Made by a program: the position numbers and the translations under genes. 64,000 bases of DNA from a virus. Of the stretch, positions 19,826 through 28,653 are shown in pieces. The notes under the pieces were generated by a model that was not told the DNA's origin, did no database searches, and saw nothing but the letters and a program-made list of their open reading frames with translations. Within the stretch, counting starts at the first letter, position 1; every line of letters starts with the position of its first letter. The stretch is from the IMG/VR virus record IMGVR_UViG_3300020442_002661, positions 21,963 to 85,962 of that record; one strand, given 5' to 3'.

Positions 19826-20378
19826 GTTCATCCATAGTACCGTTGTTGTGTATTGTTAGGGTGTATCCTGCATTTGCCCAACGCCATTCGCTTTCATGTA
19901 TGTCCTTAGGTTCTACACCAATATCTTGATACATTCTGAACCATACAGGATCAATGCCACGTTGTACACGCCATACTTTGCCGCCAATTTCTTTAATCAT
20001 TTTAATTTCATTTGGAAAACGTACATCTGGGATTATAAAGTTTTTATTAGGATTTTGTAGTATGTGTTGTTTTGTAAGGCTAACCCAAATACCATCATAA
20101 AAGCCCTTACGCATACAATCTGTGCCATATTCTTGTAGCACTAATCTTGGAGTGATTGTTCTGCCTGTTTCTTGTGTCCAAAAAGTATCAACTGTTTCTC
20201 GCCATTCACGACTTTCGTCAGTATCGCCTTCTAGCATTTGCCTATCCCAATTAAAGACACTTGCTACACCGTCTTTTAATTTGTCAGCAAAACTTATTTT
20301 TTCATAACCTTGTTCAACAAGTACATCAGCAACAGTACCTTTACCACTGCCTATCAAGCCACATAAGCCAATTATCAT
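19770..20378 (-). CDS. gp1: Deoxynucleoside monophosphate kinase
   Basis: GLIGSGKGT, SFADKLK, PRLVLQEYGT, DVRFPNE, HESE. Confidence 0.9.
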   Translation of the reverse strand: MIIGLCGLIGSGKGTVADVLVEQGYEKISFADKLKDGVASVFNWDRQMLEGDTDESREWRETVDTFWTQETGRTITPRLVLQEYGTDCMRKGFYDGIWVSLTKQHILQNPNKNFIIPDVRFPNEIKMIKEIGGKVWRVQRGIDPVWFRMYQDIGVEPKDIHESEWRWANAGYTLTIHNNGTMDELRSQVLGLLASNERLVSA

Positions 20379-20992
20379 ACACGCAACTCCGACGTTCCTT
20401 CCCCTACATGTCCTCTTGGAAAGTAGTTAAATGCCAAGCTATATCTAGGAGTATCTGTAAGATTAGGTGTTACCATGTGTTCTAAGTGACTTGGAAATAA
20501 CACTATATCTCCTGCTCTTGGCGTAATAAAAAATTCATTTGTATTATGTATATTAGTCTCTTTGTAGCTCATTCTCACTGTATCGTGGAACAAGTTATTC
20601 CAAAGATGTGATTTTTGGAACACAATATCACCTGCTCCTTCCGCACTATCTACATAGTATACACCACTCAACATAGCGTTACTATGCCAGTGTAGTGTAT
20701 TGTGTTCACCTTTTGCATGCCTGTTTACCCAGCTATTCTCAAGACCAAACTTTACATTATCATTTACTTGTAATACTTCGTGTACAAAATGCTGTACAGC
20801 ATCGTCTATTTGCTTTGCTAATACTTCAAGTGTAGCATCATTGAGTATATACTTGTTTGCTGTATGATCATGTCCTGCGGCTTCGTCAGGATATTCAAAG
20901 TTTTTGATTACATTTTTTACGTCAGCGTCTAGCTCTCCAATATTAGAATAAAATAACGGAATGCTAAACAGTTGTATTAGATTATGTTTCAT
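20375..20992 (-). CDS. 2OG-Fe(II) oxygenase-like protein (TIGR02466-type)
   Basis: LFSIP, SWVN, HWH..LSGVYY, FPSHLEH, RYSLAFN. Confidence 0.85.
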   Translation of the reverse strand: MKHNLIQLFSIPLFYSNIGELDADVKNVIKNFEYPDEAAGHDHTANKYILNDATLEVLAKQIDDAVQHFVHEVLQVNDNVKFGLENSWVNRHAKGEHNTLHWHSNAMLSGVYYVDSAEGAGDIVFQKSHLWNNLFHDTVRMSYKETNIHNTNEFFITPRAGDIVLFPSHLEHMVTPNLTDTPRYSLAFNYFPRGHVGEGTSELRV

Positions 20993-21633
20993 ATTGTTAA
21001 CCTTACTGAATTTTCACCTACAGTACCTTTAGGAAAATAATTAAATGCCAAACTGTATCTATCTTGTTTATCTTGACTTTTAGCTACTTGATGTTCTAAA
21101 TGGCTTGGAAAAATTAAACAATCTCCAGTCATAGGCTGAACAGTCCACGAACCAGTAGTGTATTGGGACCAATTATCATTTGTGTTCGGTCGTACATGTT
21201 CTGGAAAAGTATTAAGATGTTGTCTATTCTTCTTAAATGTTATAGGATTTGCAGTTGGTCCAATATCAGGATAGTATACTCCACTTACTAATGCGTTTGC
21301 ATGATTGTGTAATTCAATATCACTACCTGTATTCATTTTGTTAATCCAACTTGTAGTTAGTACAAATTCTGTTTCATCTGTTACATCACAGATTGTGTAA
21401 ACAAAATGATCAACTGCCTTTTTAATTAAATTTTGTAAATTTTGTAATTTTGATTGACGTAAAACGTCAAAGCCTCTTTCCCAAGGATTTAAATCTTCTT
21501 CTCCTTGGTATTGTGCTACAGAATTTGTAGGATATTCTAAATTTTTAAGCCATGCTAAAGTAATTGGATCTAGTGGACCGATATGAGTCTTTAATAACGG
21601 AGTAGAAAATAGAGGTGTAATTTCATAGTGCAT
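20989..21633 (-). CDS. 2OG-Fe(II) oxygenase-like protein (TIGR02466-type), tandem paralog
   Basis: LFSTP, SWIN, HNH..VSGVYY, FPSHLEH, RYSLAFN. Confidence 0.85.
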   Translation of the reverse strand: MHYEITPLFSTPLLKTHIGPLDPITLAWLKNLEYPTNSVAQYQGEEDLNPWERGFDVLRQSKLQNLQNLIKKAVDHFVYTICDVTDETEFVLTTSWINKMNTGSDIELHNHANALVSGVYYPDIGPTANPITFKKNRQHLNTFPEHVRPNTNDNWSQYTTGSWTVQPMTGDCLIFPSHLEHQVAKSQDKQDRYSLAFNYFPKGTVGENSVRLTI

Positions 21634-21639
21634 TTATAT

Positions 21640-21668
21640 AATATAGCACCTAAAAATACGTTTGTCAA
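21640..21668 (-). promoter_or_regulatory. Sigma70-type promoter TTGACA-17-TATATT (TGn extended), 6 nt before ATG
   Basis: Perfect -35 and 17-nt spacer; would drive the oxygenases and gp1. Confidence 0.75.
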
Positions 21669-21675
21669 GTATAAA

Positions 21676-22434
21676 TTAACCTATAAGGAAACCGTAGCCT
21701 GCACCACCTGCTACTTGTGTTGAAACATCAGCTTCTAGTTTCTCCATCTCAGCTTGTGCTTCTGCTTTAAGTGCATCACCATTAAGTGCAGAGCCGCCTT
21801 GTGGTCCTGCTATCTGTGCAAACTTACTTCGTGCTTCACCTAACATATATTTGCAAGTTGCAACAGTATAATCTTTAATCCATTGTTTTGCTAGATAATC
21901 TTCTAGTAAGTTTTCATCTGGCCGATAGTTGTAAGCCATAAGCAATAGTGTTTCGTCTGTTCTTGGACGTTGAAGAAGTGTTATTTCTTTTGTGACTGTA
22001 TTCCATTTAAATTCTATAAACGAACCAAACATACGCCCTACTAGTTCTTGATATTGAGAGAAAAGATCATATGTTGCAAGTCCTCCCATGTTAGATGAAC
22101 TTAGCAAATAGGTGTTAGTATATGCCATGTTGAAAGGTTCAAATAAAGTACCACCATCACCTCCGCCAGTGCGTGAGCCAATTGATCTACGGAATATTTT
22201 ACGTACTTCAATTACTTCATTTGGCAATGTATATGTATTTTCATCTGTCAAAGTTTTCATAAACAAGTAAGATTCTTCTACGCTATTGTCAGAACGTTGT
22301 CTAAATTTTGATAGAGCTTTACTTAATGCTGTTTCATAATGCACTGGATCAAGCTCAACATCAACCATGCCGCCACCTAACATAGCGTTTACATAGTCAA
22401 ATACTTCTTGCTTTTTAGTTTGTAGTGTGGCCAT
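21676..22434 (-). CDS. gp13: Neck protein gp13-like
   Basis: LGGGMVDVEL, WIKDY..CKYMLGEARSKF, GPQGG.LNG; late promoter (22453-22460) and GGAG SD. Confidence 0.85.
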   Translation of the reverse strand: MATLQTKKQEVFDYVNAMLGGGMVDVELDPVHYETALSKALSKFRQRSDNSVEESYLFMKTLTDENTYTLPNEVIEVRKIFRRSIGSRTGGGDGGTLFEPFNMAYTNTYLLSSSNMGGLATYDLFSQYQELVGRMFGSFIEFKWNTVTKEITLLQRPRTDETLLLMAYNYRPDENLLEDYLAKQWIKDYTVATCKYMLGEARSKFAQIAGPQGGSALNGDALKAEAQAEMEKLEADVSTQVAGGAGYGFLIG

Positions 22435-22477
22435 ATAAAAGTTCTCCAATAGTATTTATCGTAAGATAAATATGTTT

Positions 22478-23635
22478 ATGCCAAGACTATCTTTATATAA
22501 ACCAGAAAAAGGCAGGGATTATCATTTCTTAGACAGACAAATTCAAGAAATGTTTACTGTGGGCGGAACAGACATATTTGTTCACAAATACCTCGGGCCT
22601 GAAAATCCAGCAGAAGCAGATGCTACAGCAGATCAGCCTCGTTATGATGCTGTCAAAAGTACAAATATACAGGACATGCTATTTTTAGAAAATAGAGATC
22701 GAAAGTATGATCCAGACATTTATACTATGCGAGCTGTATATAATGTTCAAGACATAGACTTTGATTTGAGTCAATTTGGTATGTTTTTGAGTAACGATAC
22801 ATTGTTCATGACAATACATATAAACAGTAGTGTAAAGACACTTGGTAGGAAAATTATGAGTGGCGATGTAATTGAACTACCACATTTGAAAGACGAGTAT
22901 GCACTAAATGATCATACAATAGCATTAAAACGCTTTTACGTTGTTGAAGATGTTAATAGAGCCGCTGAAGGTTTTTCACCTAGTTGGTATCCACATTTAT
23001 ATAGATTAAAATTAAAACAGATTGTTGATTCACAAGAATTCAAAGAAATACTTGATCTTCCAGCAGAAGAAGGTTCAGACAACACACTAAGAGACTTGCT
23101 TTCTACATATGAAAAAGAAATGCAAATTAACAATGCAGTTGTAGATCAAGCAGAAGTAGATGCTAAAAAATCAGGATATGATATTAGCCATTATTACACT
23201 TTAGCAACAAATGATGATGGCACAGTTGCTTTAACTACTGCTGATGAAACAGATATTGATGCAAGTAGCGTAGGATCAAATGCAAGTGATGTACATGAGA
23301 AACCTAGTAGATTAGGCTATCAAGGTTATTTACTTGGCGTTGAAGAAGGACCAAACGGTGCTCCATATGGTATGGGCATAAGTTTTCCATCGCAACCAGA
23401 AACAGGTGATTACTTTTTACGTACTGATTACATGCCAAAAAGATTATTTAAATATGATGGAGGTAGATGGGTGAAAATGCAAGATGGTGTTCGTGTTGAC
23501 CTTACAAACACAGATACAAGAAATACTCAAAAAACTACATTCATTAACAATACAAAAACAAATACTATTGGTGGTGAACAAGTTCAAGAAAGACAAAGTC
23601 TTTCAAAAGCACTTAGACCTAAGGCAGATAATTAA
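22478..23635 (+). CDS. gp14: Neck/head-closure protein gp14-like
   Basis: DLSQFGMFL, GDVIELPHL, YRLKLK; GATAAATA 5 nt before MPRLSL. Confidence 0.75.
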   Translation: MPRLSLYKPEKGRDYHFLDRQIQEMFTVGGTDIFVHKYLGPENPAEADATADQPRYDAVKSTNIQDMLFLENRDRKYDPDIYTMRAVYNVQDIDFDLSQFGMFLSNDTLFMTIHINSSVKTLGRKIMSGDVIELPHLKDEYALNDHTIALKRFYVVEDVNRAAEGFSPSWYPHLYRLKLKQIVDSQEFKEILDLPAEEGSDNTLRDLLSTYEKEMQINNAVVDQAEVDAKKSGYDISHYYTLATNDDGTVALTTADETDIDASSVGSNASDVHEKPSRLGYQGYLLGVEEGPNGAPYGMGISFPSQPETGDYFLRTDYMPKRLFKYDGGRWVKMQDGVRVDLTNTDTRNTQKTTFINNTKTNTIGGEQVQERQSLSKALRPKADN

Positions 23636-25107
23636 TGCAACATTTTTATGATGGACAAATAAGAAGATACGTTACTCAAATGGTAAGACTTATGAGTAAT
23701 TTCTCTGTAAAAGATGGTTCAGGTACATTAAAACAAGTTCCTGTTATGTATGGTGATTTAACTAGACAGGTTGCAAGTATTATACGAGATAATAGTGAAA
23801 ACAAAATACCTAGTGCTCCACGTATGGCAGTTTATATAAATTCATTAGAAATGGATAGGTCTAGAACAGCTGATGCAAGTTATGTTAGCAAAGTAAATAT
23901 CCGTGAACGTGCTTATGATGAAAACAACGAGGAATATCTAAATACACAAGGTAAAAATTATACTGTAGAACGACTTATGCCAACGCCTTACACCCTTGGC
24001 TTTACTGTTGATATATGGAGTTCAAACACAGATCAAAAATTACAGATTATGGAACAAATACTTACATTGTTCAATCCTAGTTTAGAAATACAAACAACAG
24101 ACAACTATATAGACTGGACAAGTTTAAGTGTTGTTAATATGGAAGGCATTACATTTAGTTCAAGAAGTATTCCTGTAGGTGTTGACAGTGACATTGATGT
24201 TGCTAACATGACATTTACAACACCTATCTATTTGTCACCTCCTATTAAGGTTAAGAGACTAGGTGTTATTACAAATATTATAACAAGTGTATTCAACGAA
24301 GATAAAGGTACAATAGATTTAAGTTTGAGTAGACCTGAATTAAAAGCATATGATGATAGTGTAATAGCTGGATCTAAACCTACAACAGATGGTAACACTG
24401 AAACTGTAAACGACAGTAACGCTATACCTGTTAACGTAAGTCATAAAAATTATGGTATTTACATCACAGGTACTATGGCGCAATTAGTTGCAAACAATAG
24501 AGTAGGTAGCACTAATTGGCGCAATGTAATTGATACTTACCCTGGTCAATATCAAGATGATATTAGCAGGTTGTACATAAGACGCAGTGACGAAAATAGA
24601 GATGTTACAGGAACAATTAGTTTAAATCCAAATGATGAAACACAATTAATGGTAAATTGGGATTTAGATTCATTCCCAAGTAATACTATAATAAATGGAC
24701 CTACTAGATTAAATGCACAATGGACAAGCATAGATTACATAATAGATCCATTAAAAACTAATCCTATTACAGAAAACATGCGTGGACTTGGATCTCGTAT
24801 ATTATTGTTAAATGATATAGGTGATGCTGATAACGGAAATGAAGGTCCATCAGCATGGGATGGTAATTTCCAAGGTACTGATCTTGTTGCAAGTAAAGAT
24901 GATATTGTTGAATGGGATGGTAATCAGTGGCGCATTGTATTTGATGCAAGTGAAAATAAATTAGTATACAACGATGAAGTTTTAACCACAGTATACACAA
25001 CTAACCTAAAAACAGGTATACAATATCGTTGGGATGGTTCAGATTGGCTATTAAGTGTTGAAGGACTCTATCCAAACGGTACCTGGCGTCTAAGCCTAAA
25101 CGGCTAA
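23635..25107 (+). CDS. gp15: Tail terminator/sheath stabilizer gp15-like with C-terminal extension
   Basis: HFYDGQIRRY, VPVMYG, PRMA, PTPY, QIMEQILTLFNPS. Confidence 0.85.
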   Translation: MQHFYDGQIRRYVTQMVRLMSNFSVKDGSGTLKQVPVMYGDLTRQVASIIRDNSENKIPSAPRMAVYINSLEMDRSRTADASYVSKVNIRERAYDENNEEYLNTQGKNYTVERLMPTPYTLGFTVDIWSSNTDQKLQIMEQILTLFNPSLEIQTTDNYIDWTSLSVVNMEGITFSSRSIPVGVDSDIDVANMTFTTPIYLSPPIKVKRLGVITNIITSVFNEDKGTIDLSLSRPELKAYDDSVIAGSKPTTDGNTETVNDSNAIPVNVSHKNYGIYITGTMAQLVANNRVGSTNWRNVIDTYPGQYQDDISRLYIRRSDENRDVTGTISLNPNDETQLMVNWDLDSFPSNTIINGPTRLNAQWTSIDYIIDPLKTNPITENMRGLGSRILLLNDIGDADNGNEGPSAWDGNFQGTDLVASKDDIVEWDGNQWRIVFDASENKLVYNDEVLTTVYTTNLKTGIQYRWDGSDWLLSVEGLYPNGTWRLSLNG

Positions 25108-25115
25108 TTATTTTT

Positions 25116-25556
25116 ATGGACAAGATTATTTGCAGTGGAACTCTCTTTTATAGCCTCTCGAGTAAACGTTATTTGTTACTTAGACGTTGTGAAGGTAGAA
25201 CTAAAGGTACATGGGGACTTGTAGGCGGAACAAACGAAACTACAGAAACTCCTTGGGAAGCATTGAAAAGAGAAATATCTGAAGAAATAGGAAAACTGCC
25301 TGATATTCAAAAAACAATTCCACTTGAAACTTTTATTAGTACAGATCAAAAATTTCATTTTCACACTTATCTTTGTACAGTTCAAGAAGAATTTATTCCA
25401 GTGTTAAACAAAGAACATGACGGGTATGCGTGGGTTACTTCAGGTGGTTGGCCAAAGCCTTTACACCAAGGTTTGCGTAATACACTTAATAGTAAAATTA
25501 ATCAAGAAAAATTAGAAACAGTAACAAAAGTTCTTGATTTAATGTCTCAAATGTAG
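25116..25556 (+). CDS. NUDIX hydrolase
   Basis: Nudix box GGTNETTETPWEALKREISEEIG; EHDGYAW. Confidence 0.9.
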   Translation: MDKIICSGTLFYSLSSKRYLLLRRCEGRTKGTWGLVGGTNETTETPWEALKREISEEIGKLPDIQKTIPLETFISTDQKFHFHTYLCTVQEEFIPVLNKEHDGYAWVTSGGWPKPLHQGLRNTLNSKINQEKLETVTKVLDLMSQM

Positions 25557-25562
25557 TATAGT
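25534..25562 (+). promoter_or_regulatory. Sigma70-type promoter TTGATT-17-TATAGT, 5 nt before the hldE ATG
   Basis: Near-consensus with 17-nt spacer; no SD. Confidence 0.6.
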
Positions 25563-25567
25563 AAATT

Positions 25568-26815
25568 ATGATAAGAGTATATGGCGATATAATGCTAGAC
25601 AGGTGGATTAAAGGAGTATCACAGCGTGTTAGTCCTGAAGCACCAGTCCTTGTGTTACAAGAAGAAGAACAAATATTCTGCCCAGGCGGAGCAGGTAATC
25701 TTGCATTAAATATTGCAAGTCTTAATGGTAGTGTAAATGTATATGGTAGTATTGCACCAGATAAAGAAGGTTATAGAATTATTGATTGCTTTGAAAAGCA
25801 TCCAAAAATTAATTTTGCCGCTACACTAGATAGTAAAATTACAACTACAAAAAATAGATTAGTAGGTCAAGGAGGGCAACATATTGTACGTTGGGATAGA
25901 GAAGAACTTTATACCGGCGACGAAGCATACGAAAGATGTATAACAGATATAACAACAAAAGACATTGTGGTTGTAAGTGACTATGCAAAGGGAACTGTAA
26001 AAGAAAAAACTGTTTGGAATTTTGCTAGACGCTGTAAAACACTAGTAGATCCTAAACAAGCCCCTGCATATTATCAAGGAGCATATCTTGTAAAACCTAA
26101 TATGAAAGAATATGAAGGTTGGTTCGGAACATTCAATAAACTAGATGCATTAGATCATATTAAAACTTACGAATGGACCTATCTTGTTGTTACAGATGGT
26201 GCAAACGGTATGCATGTGTTAAGCGATGATGGAAGATATGAACATATTCAAGAAGAAGCAAAAGAAGTAGCAGACGTTACTGGTGCTGGAGACACTGTAC
26301 TGGCTGTCATTGCATACTTTATTGAACAAGGTTTAGATATGTTTGATGCTTGTAGGAAAGCATGTTATGCCGCGGCAAGAGCTGTAGAACACAGAGGAGT
26401 TCATGTAGTTACACATAACGACCTAGAAAAAGTAGTTTTTACAAACGGTGTTTTTGATATCTTGCACAAAGGACATTTACACTTATTGAAAGAAGCACGT
26501 AGTTTAGGTAATAAACTGATTGTAGCAATTAATACAGACGCAAGTGTACAAAGATTAAAAGGAAACGGCCGTCCTATTAACGATGTTCAAACAAGACAAG
26601 CACAATTAGAAGTATTGCCTTGGGTAGATGAGGTCATTACATTTACAGATGATACGCCTTTAGAACTTATTAATAAAATTAAACCAGATTTAATTGTCAA
26701 GGGTGGCGATTATAAAGTTGAAGATGTTGTTGGCCATGAGATTGCAGATGTGCATATTGTGCCTATAATAGACGGATTGTCGACATCTAATATAGTAGAA
26801 AAAATTACAATATGA
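25568..26815 (+). CDS. hldE: Bifunctional heptose-7-phosphate kinase / heptose-1-phosphate adenylyltransferase
   Basis: GDIMLD, RVSPEAPV, GGAGN, SDYAKG, DVTGAGDT kinase domain; FTNGVFDILHKGH, RLKG..RP, KGGDY transferase domain. Confidence 0.95.
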   Translation: MIRVYGDIMLDRWIKGVSQRVSPEAPVLVLQEEEQIFCPGGAGNLALNIASLNGSVNVYGSIAPDKEGYRIIDCFEKHPKINFAATLDSKITTTKNRLVGQGGQHIVRWDREELYTGDEAYERCITDITTKDIVVVSDYAKGTVKEKTVWNFARRCKTLVDPKQAPAYYQGAYLVKPNMKEYEGWFGTFNKLDALDHIKTYEWTYLVVTDGANGMHVLSDDGRYEHIQEEAKEVADVTGAGDTVLAVIAYFIEQGLDMFDACRKACYAAARAVEHRGVHVVTHNDLEKVVFTNGVFDILHKGHLHLLKEARSLGNKLIVAINTDASVQRLKGNGRPINDVQTRQAQLEVLPWVDEVITFTDDTPLELINKIKPDLIVKGGDYKVEDVVGHEIADVHIVPIIDGLSTSNIVEKITI

Positions 26816-27636
26816 ACTTACTAATTACTGGCTCAAACGGATTTATAGGAAAAAATCTTGTAAATTATTTTGTTGATGAAGGACATACAGTTGCAGAATA
26901 TGATTACATAGAAAATGTAATTCCTGATTGTAGTCCTTTTGATCATGTTATTCATATGGGTGCTATTAGTTCTACAACAGAACGTAACGTAGAACAAGTC
27001 TTAACACAAAACTTAGATTTTAGTCATAGACTTTTACAAATTTGCGAAATGCAAGGAGTAAATTTAATTTATGCATCAAGTGCAAGCGTTTATGGAGATA
27101 CAGGCGTATTTAAAGAATATGGGCCCGTATATCCACAAAGTGCATATGCATGGAGCAAATACTTGTTTGACAGAACAATAAATCAAGTTGATAAAAAAGA
27201 TTGGATGTGCAACGTAAAAGGATTAAGATTCTTTAATGTTTACGGAGAGCATGAGGAAGATAAAGGTGATCAAATGAGTGTTTTTCATAAATTTAAAAAC
27301 CAAGCATTAGACACAGGAAAAGTTCATCCATTTGAAAATAGTAAAGAATATTTGAGAGATTTTATATATGTCGGCGATGTATGTAAAATTGTAGATAAGT
27401 TGTTAGATGTAGATGATAGTGGCATATACAATGTAGGTACAGGTACACCACGTAGTTTTCAAAGCATTGCAGAAGCAGTTGCAGAAAAATACAATGCAGA
27501 CATAGAACCAATACCTATGCCAGAAATACTTAAACAACAATATCAAAAATATACTTGTAGTGACAATACAAGACTACTTAAAGCAATAGGTAAATTTAAT
27601 TTTACAACACCGGAGGAATGGATATGCAAAGACTAG
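26812..27636 (+). CDS. hldD: ADP-L-glycero-D-manno-heptose 6-epimerase
   Basis: TGSNGFIG, HMGAISSTTE, YASSASVYG, YAWSK, RFFNVYG, RDFIYV, YQKYTC. Confidence 0.9.
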   Translation: MNLLITGSNGFIGKNLVNYFVDEGHTVAEYDYIENVIPDCSPFDHVIHMGAISSTTERNVEQVLTQNLDFSHRLLQICEMQGVNLIYASSASVYGDTGVFKEYGPVYPQSAYAWSKYLFDRTINQVDKKDWMCNVKGLRFFNVYGEHEEDKGDQMSVFHKFKNQALDTGKVHPFENSKEYLRDFIYVGDVCKIVDKLLDVDDSGIYNVGTGTPRSFQSIAEAVAEKYNADIEPIPMPEILKQQYQKYTCSDNTRLLKAIGKFNFTTPEEWICKD

Positions 27637-28046
27637 AAGGTAAAGTAGATAAAGGTTGGGGCTACGAAATAATTTGGGCCACAAATGAAAAATACTGTGG
27701 TAAAATACTTTTCTTTAACAAAAAAGGTTCAAAGTTTAGTATGCACTTTCATAGAGAAAAAGACGAAACATGGTTTGTTAACAACGGCAGTTTTGTTGTA
27801 CGCTGGATAGATACAAAAACAGCAACATTGTTTAGCCAAGTTCTTAAAGAAGGACAAACTTGGCATAATCCACCATTGCAACCACATCAATTAGAAGCAA
27901 TGGAAGATGGAAGCAGTATTACAGAAGTCAGCACAGCAGATAGTGTTGAAGACAACTACAGAGTAATTCCAGGTGATAGTCAATCGGAATTAACAACAAA
28001 AATTAAAGAGGTGGCAGATGCGCAGTCCAACGATAACGTGGAGTAA
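27624..28046 (+). CDS. Cupin-fold protein, sugar-isomerase-like
   Basis: KGWGYE, YCGKIL, FSMHFHREKDETW, PHQL, EVST, DNYR; GGAGG 7 nt before MQRL. Confidence 0.75.
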   Translation: MQRLEGKVDKGWGYEIIWATNEKYCGKILFFNKKGSKFSMHFHREKDETWFVNNGSFVVRWIDTKTATLFSQVLKEGQTWHNPPLQPHQLEAMEDGSSITEVSTADSVEDNYRVIPGDSQSELTTKIKEVADAQSNDNVE

Positions 28047-28653
28047 TGATGTAAACATTGATTTCTACAAACCAGATTATATTGCACCAAAGTGTGTTGT
28101 AGGTTTAGATAGAGATGGTGTTATTAATGTAGATATTGGAGATTACGTTTACAAAAAAAGTGACTGGAAATTTGAAGAGGGCAGTTTAGAAGCAATAGTA
28201 AAATTACGTAAATTAGGACACAAGATAGTTATTATAACTAATCAAGGCGGTATAGAAAAAGGTATCTACACACAAGAAGATGTAGAAAAATTACATGCAC
28301 ATATGTTTGAAGAATTTGGTAAGGCAGGTTGTCCTAGTATAGATGGATTGTACTACAGTGCATCAAGTGCAAAGAATGATATGTATGCAAAACCTAATAC
28401 AGGAATGTTTAAGCGTTGCGAAAAAGAAGTTCCTCATGTGAAATTTTCCCAAGGATATTATGTTGGTGATAGAATAAGAGATTTAAAGGCAGGATTAAAG
28501 ATGGGTGCGAAACCAATTCTAGTCCGAACTGGACATGGTAAAGAAACAGAAGAATTAATTAACAAAAGATTCACATATAAAAATATTAGGAAAGCAACAA
28601 AAGTATTTGATAACCTAGCCGCATTTGTTGATAGTTTAGATGATAATAGTTAG
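28018..28653 (+). CDS. gmhB: D-glycero-D-manno-heptose 1,7-bisphosphate phosphatase (HAD)
   Basis: LDRDGVIN, ITNQGGI, KPNTGM, VGDRIRD, LVRTGHG. Confidence 0.9.
   Translation: MRSPTITWSNDVNIDFYKPDYIAPKCVVGLDRDGVINVDIGDYVYKKSDWKFEEGSLEAIVKLRKLGHKIVIITNQGGIEKGIYTQEDVEKLHAHMFEEFGKAGCPSIDGLYYSASSAKNDMYAKPNTGMFKRCEKEVPHVKFSQGYYVGDRIRDLKAGLKMGAKPILVRTGHGKETEELINKRFTYKNIRKATKVFDNLAAFVDSLDDNS

Noticed and set aside
6290-22478. Longest-ORF starts given in the track (7363, 9385, 11734, 15405, 19407, 19472, 22449, 22472)
   Set aside because: They run through promoters or terminators; downstream ATGs have a proper SD or the TAAATA-N5 spacing.
25568-28653. Heptose genes as host chromosome contamination or a prophage boundary
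   Set aside because: They are tightly packed between gp15/NUDIX and a phage-type oxygenase and fibre gene, with similar base composition and no att site or host housekeeping genes.
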